Shown here in pieces: positions 48,443 through 59,205 of a DNA stretch of 64,000 nucleotides. The stretch's first letter is position 1, and each line of letters opens with the position of its first letter. The stretch is from NCBI GenBank assembly GCA_002104945.1, contig MCFH01000001.1, positions 1,426,001 to 1,490,000 on the forward strand, read 5' to 3'. A program made the position numbers and the translations under genes. The stretch comes from Piromyces finnis finn. Taxonomy: Eukaryota > Fungi > Neocallimastigomycota. The notes under the pieces are model-generated. The model was not told the DNA's origin. It searched no databases and saw nothing but the letters and a program-made list of their open reading frames with translations.

Positions 48443-49531
48443 ATATAAATTAAAAAAAGATTTATTGATGATCCTGAAGATAAAAGACCAGAAGGTTGGG
48501 ATGTTATTCCAAGATACATTCCAGAACCAGATTCAGTTAAACCAGATGATTGGGATGAAAGTAAGAACTTCAAAATTTAAAATTTGAAATATATATTATG
48601 AATAACTATTATTCATATAGATTAAATATTTTATTAATAATTATAGTTGAAAATGGTATGTGGATTCCTGTATTAAAGGAAAACCCGGAATTCCAAGAAT
48701 GGTATCCAAAGGTTTGTCTTTATATTAATACAAAATTAATTTGGAATACTATTAATATATTTATTAATATAAAATAAATTTATATTGATTCATCTATAGA
48801 CTATTAGAAACCCAGCTTACATGGGTCCATGGATTCATCCAAAGATTGACAATGTAAGAATATAATAAAATTATAATTAATGGATTTAAATAATTAACAA
48901 ATTATTTTATTTAATTTTCATTTTCTTTTACTTTTTATTTATAATATATATATATTTAATTTATAAATAATAATAAAATAATATAATTATATTACATTAA
49001 TAATTAAAAAACAAACAAACAAACAAATAACAAACATCAATAACAAAAAATTTAAATCAATAGCCGGATTACTATGAAGATAATGATATTTATGTTCAGG
49101 AACATGCCTATGTTGGTTTTGAATTTTATCAAGTAGATGGTCATACTATTTTTGATAATATTATCATTACTGATAGCATAGAAGAAGCTAAGGCTTTTGC
49201 TGAAGAGACCAAAGTTGACATCAATGTTGAAAAAGAATTATTAGAAAAGTATCTTAGCGAACAAGAACTTATTAAAAAACAACGTGAATATGATGAAGCT
49301 AAAAGAATGGAAGAAGAATTTAATTACGGTAATTATAAGGATGATGATCTTGAATTCTTAAACAATGAATCAAGTAGTGATGAAGAAAAAGAAAGTAGTA
49401 GTGATGATGAATATGAAGGTAGCAGTGATGATGAAGATGAAAATGATGATGATGATGATGAATTTGTTATTTATGATGATAAGAAAGATAAAAAGAAGAA
49501 AGAAAAAAAGAACAAAAAGGATGAATTATAA
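47249..49531 (+). CDS. CALR: Calreticulin (ER Ca2+-binding lectin chaperone family)
   Basis: Signal peptide, then VYFKETFDDDSWKTRWV, GLQTTVDNAFYAIS, TLVIQYTMK, HLYTFIVKPDQSYQILIDNEE, P-domain repeats (DPEDKRPEGWD, KPDDWDE, WIHPKIDNPDY), TIFDNIIITDS, an acidic C-domain and terminal KDEL. Confidence 0.95.
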
Positions 49532-50714
49532 GCATAAAACTTTTTATCTTATTTATTGTTTAATTTAATGCTATTTTTTTTTTTTTAAAAAATAAAGTAT
49601 TGTATTATTATGTTATAATTAATATAATAGTATCTTATATTTTAAGTTAAAAAGTAATTTACTAAATATTTTAAAAAATTAAAAAAAAAAAAAAATTAAA
49701 AAATTAAAATAAAAAATAAAATACAATATACAATTAAAAAAGTAATTACACTAATAATAATAATAATAATAATAATAAAATTATTATATATTATATATAA
49801 AAATAAAAAAAAAAATAAAAGATTCAAAATATAATTAGTAGAAAAAAGAGTTTTGTATATAATGATAAATCTTTAAAATAGTTTTTTAAAATTCTTTAAA
49901 GGACATTTATTATAACTAATTATAACTAATTAAAAAAAAAAAAAAAAAAAAAAATCAAAACGATAATTTATAAAGGAAATATAATTTTTAAATGTTTTAT
50001 TTTGTTTTTGTGTTTTTGTATTATTATTATTATTATTATTATTATTGACATATAATAAATCTTAAAAGTAATTTACAATAAAATATTTGATGGAAAGTTA
50101 ATTAAAATTTAATAATATTAAAAGTAAATTGATTATACATATTATAAGATTAATCAAATTTATAACTTTAATAACATCTATTGTTTAAGGAAATTTTTTT
50201 TTTTCATATATATAGTTAAATAATATGTAAAAGTTAAATATATATATTTTGTTCTATGTTTTATATTAATATTAAATTTTATTTTATTATTATTTTTTTT
50301 AAAAAATAAAATAATTAAAATTAATAATTTTAAAACTTAATATTTCAATATTATAGAATAAAATTATCGAAATATATATATATATAGCAATTTTTGTAAT
50401 ATATTTAATAGAGATTAACGACTACTAGAATTAGAATTCATATTTAAAATTCAAAATAAAATTATATTGATTTTAATAGTTTTATAATTTTTTTTATTTT
50501 TGTTTTTAATATTAAATCTCCATATTTTAATAATCAATTCATATATTTTATTTAATAAAATAGTAAATTAAAAATACAATTAAAATATTAGAGATAAGAA
50601 GAATAGTAATTGAAAATAAAGAAACAATAAAGGAAAAAAAAATATTTTAAAATTTAAGCGTCATCATTTAATTATTTTCCTCATTAATCGATTACTTATT
50701 TGAACATATAAAAA

Positions 50715-53700
50715 ATGGAAAATAAATTAGATGATGTATATTTTGGAAATAATAATATAAAAAATTTTCCAAGAACAATTGATACAATTATTTCAAAAAT
50801 ACGTTATCATGTGTTAATTCGCCGTGTAAGAATCTCAAATTTTTTTGAGGATTTTGATAAATTAAGATCAGGATATGTATCTGAAGATATTTTTAAAAGA
50901 TGTATCGATATGATTTTAGCTACAACAGCAACATGTAAGCTAAGTTCAGAAGAATATAATGAAATTACAAAATATTATTTTGATAGTGAGAAAAAAATGG
51001 TTGGATGGAAATCTTTTGTAGATGATATTGATGAAGGTTTTTATTATTACTATTATTATTTTAAATATCTTATTATTATTATTTGTTGTATTTGTATATT
51101 TAAATATAAATATACAATATATAAGTATTTAAATGCATATATAAGTAATTAATAATATATCTTAACATTTATTTTTTTATTAGTTTTTGGAAGAACAAAA
51201 CCATATCAACCATCCCCACAACCTCGTACACTTTTCCAACATATTTTACACATTTCAGATGACGAACGAGTTCAATTAGAAGAAATTATTAATATAATTA
51301 AAATATATTGTAATCATCATAATTGCAATGTCAATTTATGGTGTAGAGACTATGATTTTCATAATTCGGGTTATGTCTCAAGATATCAATTTATTAGAGC
51401 AATTCCACAAAATTTACTTACGAAGGCTCAATTAAATTTATTAATAATAGCATACACCGATCCTTTAGTTGGTCATATTAATTACAACAAAATCAATAAT
51501 GATGTTAATGTTATCTGTAATTACTATTAATAAAATTTTATATTTATAAAAATTTTTTTATTTTTCTTTAGAAATAATATATTACAAAATTTATATATTC
51601 ACATATATATTTATTTTTAATATATCCAGCAACAAAACAATTTATTAAACAATCTTTCCCTGTTATTCCTCATAACCAGATGGATAGAGTTCCAGATGGA
51701 ACTGAATATATTTTAAAATGCATTCCAAAACATATTCCAGCAGGAAACAAGAGTGTTTTGGAAATAGAAGATAAAATAAAAAAACGTATGTATTTATATT
51801 AAATTATTCTTTTATATCATCATCATCATCATTATCATTAATATTTATTTAATAATTTTACACAATAAACATTTATATGGATTCTATCTAATTAAATTCC
51901 AATAGAAATTTATGTCAATAGAATTAATCTTTTAAGTTTCTTTTCCGATTATGATCCTCTTAATCATGGAATTATTAGTGCTGAACAAGTATAAAAATTA
52001 AAAAAAAAATATATATAATATTAAGCAATATAAACATTTTAATTAATAAAATTATAATTTTATCGGAATATAAAAAGTTTTATGCTGGAATTAGTTTAAC
52101 AAGAATAGATATTAGTAATTGTGAATTGAGACGTGTTGCTGAAGCTTATGCTAATGCTCAAGGAAAAATTTATTACAAGTTATTTTGTAAAAATATTGAT
52201 ACAAGTAATTATTAATTAATTGATTAATTATTTATTATTATTATTATATAGTATTGTATATATTGTGGCTATATTTAATTAACTTTTATTTTTTAATTAC
52301 TAGTATTTACTGTTCATAATTTAGAAAATTACCCAACATGTAATGTGAAATACCCATCTTATGATTATTTAGTAAAGGTATATTAATAAATCACTTTTCA
52401 TATATTTATTAATTCATTTAAGAATATATATATTTTTATAAAATTATTTATTAAATTATATTTTAATATGAAAATTTTTAGACAACAAATAAACTTTCAC
52501 CACAAAAGGAAGAAAGACTTAAAGAAGTCTTAAAATTTATTAAACATGAAATTGATATACGTAAACTTTTATTAAGACCATATTTTACTGATTTTGACAA
52601 TTTTAGGGTTAATATAATATAATATAATATATTATGATATATTATAGAAAATAATAATTAATATTTTTTCTCTAAAATTAAACATTATTGTAGAGTACTT
52701 CAAGAACCGGAAAAGTTTTACGTTCTCAATTTCATAGAATACTTTCAACCATGAAAATTAATTTATCACAAGATGATTTATACCTTTTATATGAAAAATA
52801 TCAAGATCCAGAAACTGGTTTAATAAAGTATTTAAGCTTTGTTGATGAAGTTGATTTTCCTAAATGGAAACCTTCTGATGTTAGATTGACACCACGCACA
52901 CCATTACCATTTGATACTTATTCATCAAGTTCTGTTTCTAAAAGTGTTATTAATAAAGTGAAAGAAAAAATTAAAGATTCAAACTTAAATATTTTTGATT
53001 TATTTACAGCACATGATCTTGCTAGATCAGGAAATGTTTCGAGAAAAGAATTTATTGATGTTATTGAAAAATATGGTATAACATTAACCCCAGCTGAAGC
53101 TAATGCTATTACTAATAGATATTCATTATATACTGATTTTGGTAAATGTAATTGGAAACTATTTATTGATGATATTGAAGGTATATATATATATAATACT
53201 TTTTTTCAAAAAATAAAATACATAAATAATTATATATATATTTAGTAAATATAAGTCATAATAGTTTATTAATAATTCTTTAAATATTAAAACATTATTT
53301 TATTGTTTATAATATAATGTAATATAATATTATTATCAGATCAATCTATTAATATCAGTTCATTATTTTCAAAAGATAGAGAAAATACCTATTTATATAA
53401 TAATGACAATTTATTAGAATCTTCAACCCAAAAGAATATAAACTCAAATTCCTTAAAAAAACTTATTCAAAGAATGTATGAAATATATAAAAATGATCCA
53501 AAAATATTTAAACAAGTATTTGAAGATATAGATAGTAAGGGTCAAGGTGTCCTTGATCAGAAGCAAATGTGCCAAGCATTTGCTATACTTGACGTTAAAC
53601 TTACAAATGAAGAATGGCTTCTTCTTGCAAAATACTATTTCCGAGAAGTTGAATATTTAGATAATAAACTTCAAAAACCATTAGTCTTTTCTTATAAAGT

Positions 53701-54726
53701 ATTCTTAAAAGATATTGAAAAAGTTCCATTAAAAATACATGAAGATTATCATGTATATAGGACAAATGAAAACAATAGAAGAATTTATAATATGATGCTA
53801 AAAATCATTTACATAAACGTATGCATGATAATAATATATTATCATATTATTATATTTTTATTTTTATAATAATTTATTTTTATTATATTATAATAGTGTA
53901 AGGAAAATGGTGTTAATCTTAAATCTCTATTCCAAAAGAAAGATCCTCAAGATAGTGGATATATAAGGAGAGATTTATTACATTCAGTTATTTCTGCTCT
54001 TCAGTTGAATTTTTCGAAAGTATGCTTATAACTTTATTTTAATCTTTACAATTAATAAACATTAAATAATAATATCATATTTAACTTATTATTATTTTAA
54101 TTATTTGATATTATAAATAAATAATTAGTATGATACAAATATAATATTAGAACAAAATGTTGAAAAATATAATAAAAGCAAATTTAATTATGAAAACTTT
54201 GTTAACGAAGTTAAATCTGCTTTCATTGATGAATCGATAAATGAAAAGATTGCAACTGAAAATAAACCAAGAAAATTTTTATCAATATATAAACCAACAT
54301 TTAAAAATAAAGAAAATTGCGATAAAGTTATAAATGAAATAGCAAGTAAAACTAAATGTAATGCTATTGATATTTTTAAAGTTTTAAAATCTGATGATAT
54401 GTACAGTACAGGTAATATATATTCAATACTTTTTAATGTTATTTATTTATTTATTTATTTATATATTTTGTTATATATACTATAATAATACTAAATTACA
54501 ATAAAAATTATTATTAATAAAAGGTAAAATATCATTTGAAAAATTTAAGGAAGCACTAACACATATATGTTCCTTTGGAAATGAAATTAAAGTAAATGCT
54601 ACAAGTGATGTTACAAATTATTTGAGTGTTCTTATGGATAACTTTAATGTCAATCCATTAAAAGATATAGATTACTATTCATTCTACCTTAAATTATATG
54701 AATCTATAAGTCAAATTAAAAAATAA
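50715..54726 (+). CDS. Multi-EF-hand protein (EFCAB6-related, probably axonemal)
   Basis: About 12 exons with repeated EF-hand-pair modules: FFEDFDKLRSGYVSEDIFKRC, DYDFHNSGYVSRYQFIRAI, FFSDYDPLNHGII, LFTAHDLARSGNVSRKEFIDV, VFEDIDSKGQGVLDQKQM, FQKKDPQDSGYI, SDDMYSTGKISFEKF. Stop codon at 54724-54726. Confidence 0.8.
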
Positions 54727-55317
54727 ATATATTTATAATTTTTAAGTTTATTAAAATTTTACATAATTTCATATTTTATTCATATGATTTATTTACAATT
54801 TAAAAATTAAAATTATTTTATTTATTTAATATTTTATATGAATTAACACAATTCAGTAATTCAATAATTAAAATACATTTTTTATTTAGATGCATTTATA
54901 TTTAATTTGTATATAATAATTATTTAGTTTAAACATTTACATTTAATTCATATAATTCATGTACAATATTTTATTTCTAAATTTAATTTTAAATCAATAA
55001 TCTAAAATAAAAAAATTAAATATAAATATTTAAACCAATCATCACTATATAATAAAAACATACCAATCAAAGGTCTTTTATAATATTATATAAATAAAAT
55101 TTACTTTCAAAATTTTAAAATACCCTACTCGATTAAATAAAAAAAATAAATTAATTGAAAGTAAAAGGAAAATTTATTAGTATATATTAATATTTAATGA
55201 TTATTTAAATATTATAATATATTAATATAAATTCGAAGAAAAAATTGTCTTTGAAAATAAAAAGGTAAATATTATAAAATTAAATTAATTATATATAACG
55301 AATTATATTAAATATAA

Positions 55318-55388
55318 ATGATGCGAAGTTCCATACTGAACTATATATGACGACATTTGGTTATAAACCACGAATTCCTCGTTTCTGA
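55318..55388 (+). ncRNA. snR57: Box C/D snoRNA, snR57 homologue (guides 18S Gm1572, yeast numbering)
   Basis: C box ATGATGC (55318), D' CTGA (55336), C' ATGACGA (55347), D CTGA (55385). The guide GAATTCCTCGTT is complementary to 18S AACGAGGAAUUC, and the +5 rule lands on the G of AACG. Confidence 0.9.
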
Positions 55389-55506
55389 CTTTATTTAATA
55401 TAATTTATAAAAATTAATTAGATAATTGAATAAATAACTAATTTTATTATTTTAAAAATTAATAGGTAAATATTTTTGAGGGATATTACTTAATATTTTA
55501 TTTTAA

Positions 55507-55577
55507 GTGATGTGATTAATCCATATTTTTTAAACATGATTCCTGAGTGAAACAATGGAACATGCACCACCATCTGA
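55507..55577 (+). ncRNA. snR55: Box C/D snoRNA, snR55 homologue (guides 18S Um1269, yeast numbering)
   Basis: C box GTGATGT (55507), internal CTGA, D CTGA (55574). The guide CATGCACCACCA is complementary to 18S UGGUGGUGCAUG, and the +5 rule lands on the second U. Confidence 0.9.
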
Positions 55578-55740
55578 TAAAATATTAATTAAATGTTTGA
55601 TTGAAATAAATTTTATATAAAATAAATGCTAAAGTATTTAATTTTTATAAATATAGGTTTTTATTTATAAAAAATAAAATACTTGTAATAGAAGGTAAAT
55701 ACAATATTCAATTAATTAAAATAATATTCGTTGTTTTTAA

Positions 55741-55817
55741 ATGATGATTGGTATTTTGTCCAGTTCTGCTACTGAAAAAGCATGCTGAAATTTTACCCTT
55801 TGCTTACCTTTAACTGA
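55741..55817 (+). ncRNA. snR61: Box C/D snoRNA, snR61 homologue (guides 25S Am1133, yeast numbering)
   Basis: C box ATGATGA (55741), D' CTGA (55772) preceded by CCAGTTCTGCT (complementary to 25S AGCAGAACUGG, +5 rule on the A of GCA), C' ATGCTGA, D CTGA (55814). Confidence 0.9.
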
Positions 55818-56658
55818 TTAAAAACAATGAAATAAATTATTAATTATATATAATAAATCTTAAATTCTAAGGTCTAATTTATATTTTATTATATATAGAT
55901 TAAAATATGAAGAAATAACCTTTTTTATAAACGACACAATACAGTATTATTATTTCAGATTAAGTGGAATAATAATGATTCCCAGTGTCGAATAACAAAA
56001 GATGTTATTTTAATATATGTATTTCTTAATATAATAGAACTAATGTATGACAGGTAGCATCGAAATATTAAATAATCATAAAATTTAAGAAAAAATAGTT
56101 CAAATAATGCATTTCATTATTGAAATATATTTTTTTTTAAATAATGAAAAATAATAAGTAAATAAAGTTTTATTAAAAACAATATGGTAGAAATGTCAAA
56201 TATTGAAATTTGTGTAAAAATATAAATACTATTTTATAATAGCAATTTTGAAAGTAAGATTTTTTTGAAGTGTATAAATGGACAGTAATGTCATTCATTA
56301 TCTTAATAATGAATAAAGTTTATATATTAAGTGTGAATAATATTATTAAATTTAGATATTAAATGTATTTGTAGCCTAGTCCTTTTTAAAATAGAATGTT
56401 TAAATAGATAATATGATTTTTATATTTTTTATTATTTATTATATTAGAATATTAAGTTCATAAAATTAAATTAATATAAATATAAGAATATTCTCTTCCT
56501 AGTAATAATCATACGTTTTGTTACTGGCAAGCAATGAACAATGTTCCAAAAGGTTTGAAGCAACATTTAAGAACGTCAATACTAAAGAAACAGTAAGACA
56601 GGCTAGGGGTCCAGCTCAACCAATTGAGATCATAATTTTATCCCATGATAAAATTTTG

Positions 56659-57072
56659 GTATTCGATGCGGTTATGAAAATACTACCCGAATTGCTATTG
56701 CCAGTAATAGAGTTACTCCTGACTGCCCTCGTGTCTGTCCATTTGAAGCAACATCCAAGAGCGTCAATGCTGAAGAAACAGTAAGACAGGCCAGGAGGGC
56801 CAGCGCAACCAATGGAGATCATAATTTTGTTCCATGACAAAATTTTGATCTTTGGCTCGGTGTCCCATTGGAAGTCAAATACAATTATTATACTTTAGTA
56901 TGATAGTGGCTTTCTTACTTTAATTAAAATTACTAGAATACATTATACCCAATTTTTATTCATTTGTGTTTATTTAAACATATTTTTTTTATTTTTATTT
57001 TATTTTAATTTTTATATTTCATGTATTATAATTTTAATTAAATTAATAATAAAGTTTAAAATATTTGATGCC

Positions 57073-57111
<39 letters not shown>

Positions 57112-57760
57112 GTGTCTGTCCATATTGCGGATATGACGAACAATCTTTTTACCATTGGATATTAGAATGTTCTGCATTCTCTGAATACAGAGCTTCTTCA
57201 CTTAGCTTTCTTGACGATCTTTTTACCCTTTTTTACAATAAATATAAGAATCAGTTCATCACATACTTACTCCCCGAAACGGAAGTAAGAAAAACAATTT
57301 ATAACTATATTTTTACGTTCCTTCTTGGTGGAACTTTAGCTTATGATGAGCTACAAATCGATAAGGCGGAACAAAGACATTTGAATGAACAGCTTTACAG
57401 TTCATTGGGGTCTCATGTTCCATAGGTAGAGGGTCTCGCGGCTTTTCTTACTAAAACAATCCCTATCATTAGTAGCTCTATGAAGCTATTTTTTTGATAG
57501 GTTTAGTAAGACACCTAACGTAATCAAGAGCGCCGACGTCGTACCGATATGGCAAAGGAACATTTCCAATGTTCCGTACACAGGGTTCAATGTTAGTATT
57601 TCCTTAAATTCGAATGAAAACATTATGAATTCATGGGAGAGTTTAGTGGACACCACACTATCATACCTGATGTTACTTCTTTTTTTTTTATTTCATTTAA
57701 TTTATTAGGTAGGGACCAATCCCACACAGTACAAATTGCAGAGTTCATTGAACTTTTACG
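56659..57760 (+). mobile_element. 5'-truncated non-LTR retrotransposon (LINE) ORF2 C-terminus and 3' end, interrupted by a younger insertion
   Basis: Removing 56743-57123 restores GIRCGYENTTRIAIASNRVTPDCPRVCPYCGYDEQSFYHWILECSAFSEYR, a C-x2-C-x8-H-x4-C knuckle typical of LINE ORF2. There is an in-frame TAG at 57423, and local GC is well above background. Confidence 0.78.
56743..57109 (+). mobile_element. Retroposed 367-bp insertion with poly(A) tail and 14-bp target-site duplication
   Basis: TCGTGTCTGTCCAT occurs at 56729-56742 and 57110-57123, flanking an insert that ends AATAAA...GATGCCGTT plus about 34 A. Related partial copies lie at ~56554-56658 and ~57939-58201. Confidence 0.85.
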
Positions 57761-57938
57761 CAACTTAAATAATTATTTTATATTTTTTTATATTTATATT
57801 TTTATTTATATATATTTTATTATTTTTATTTATTATTTATTATATCAATATGTATTATCACCTAATATTATGTAATATCACTAATTAAATAAGTAAATAA
57901 ATAAAAGATGTGTATTCTCTTCCTAGTCTAAAAAAAAA

Positions 57939-58480
57939 ATGATAAAATTTTAATCATTGACTCTGTGTCTCATTGGAAGTCAAATACAATTGTTATACTT
58001 TAATATAATGGTGGCTTTCTTTCTTTAATTAAAATGACTCGAATATATTATACACAATTTTTATTCATTTGTGCTTATTTGAGCATATTTTTTTATTTTT
58101 ATTTTATATATATATATAATTTTTTATATAACATGTATTATAATTTTAATTAAATTAATAAAGTTTTAAAAAATATTTGATGCCATTAAAAAAAAAAAAA
58201 ATAGTAAGATACTTGACGTAATCAAGAGAGCCGATGTCGTACCGACATAGCAAAGAAACATTACAAATGTTCTGTACATAGGGTTAATGTTTATATTTCT
58301 TCGGATAAAAAACATAAAATTATGTGAGAGTTTAGTGAACATCCCCTTATCCTATCTAATATTCCATATCTTTTTTTATTTTATTCCATTTATTAGGGAC
58401 AGGAAATCAATTCCACAGTACAAATTACAGAGTTTATCGAACTTTTTTTTTTTTTTTGAAAACCTTACATAATTATCATT
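57939..58480 (+). mobile_element. Second, diverged copy of the poly(A) element followed by a second copy of the LINE 3' end
   Basis: 57939-58201 aligns by eye with 56834-57109 (CATTGGAAGTCAAATACAATT...ATATTTGATGCC.TTAAAAA). 58202-58480 aligns with ~57506-57770 (TAGTAAGA...CGTAATCAAGAG..CCGA.GTCGTACCGA...CACAGTACAAATT.CAGAGTT). Confidence 0.75.
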
Positions 58481-59205
58481 ATTATTATTTTTTATATCAT
58501 GTTTATATCTTTTATTTTTTATTTTATACTATTAGTAATATTAAAAAATTATAAAAAAAAATTTATATTATGAAAAGGATTCTTTAGATTAAGAGTATAT
58601 ATATATATATATATATATTTTTTAATAGTAATATTTAATTTTATTTATTGATATTTTGGTTTTAATTAAAAATAAAAATAAAATACTTTTATTTATGTCT
58701 CAAGTGTAATGAAACATCATATATGATGATGGACAAGATTTTTAATAAGAATATAATTTTTAAAAAAAAAGTATTTAATTCATAATTTATTTATTTATTT
58801 TTTTTTTATCATAAAATAATACCTTTTTAAACTTTTAGTTTTAATGAACATTAACAAATAATTCTAAAAAAATATACTATAATCATTATTAATCGTTATT
58901 AAATAAATTACATGAAATGGTTAAAATTTTCTTTTTAACAATCTATTTTAAAATCTTAATACATTTCAAATTTTATTATTTAATTGTTTATTTATTTTTT
59001 ATTTATTATTTTTTTTTTTTTTTAGATTTTATATATTTTTCAAGTTATTTTATTACTGTATTCATATTGTTTATTATTATTTAATATATTTATGATTAAA
59101 AGGTTTTATATTTATGAATTCTTAAATTATATTAATTATGAAAACTCAATTCTAAATATTAATATTTTTAAATATTTTTTATAATAAGAAAGATTTAATT
59201 ATTAT

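Larger units (their letters stand above)
55200..55960 (+). ncRNA. Putative non-coding snoRNA host transcript with three snoRNA-bearing introns (ends approximate)
   Basis: GTAAAT donors at 55265, 55466 and 55695 lie 41-53 nt before each C box. TAG acceptors at 55465, 55656 and 55898 lie 77-81 nt after each D box. CTAAT branch-like motifs precede the first and third acceptors. There is no ORF. Confidence 0.7.

Noticed and set aside
54020-54129. GTATGCTT donor one base away from the U12 consensus GTATCCTT (also GTATTCTT near 42200)
   Set aside because: There is no TCCTTAAC-like branch site near the acceptor, and GTATG fits the U2 consensus.
56518-56840. Overlapping ORFs 56518-56784 (+) and 56616-56840 (-), and ORF 57633-57875
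   Set aside because: They are chimeric read-throughs across retroelement junctions, not host genes.
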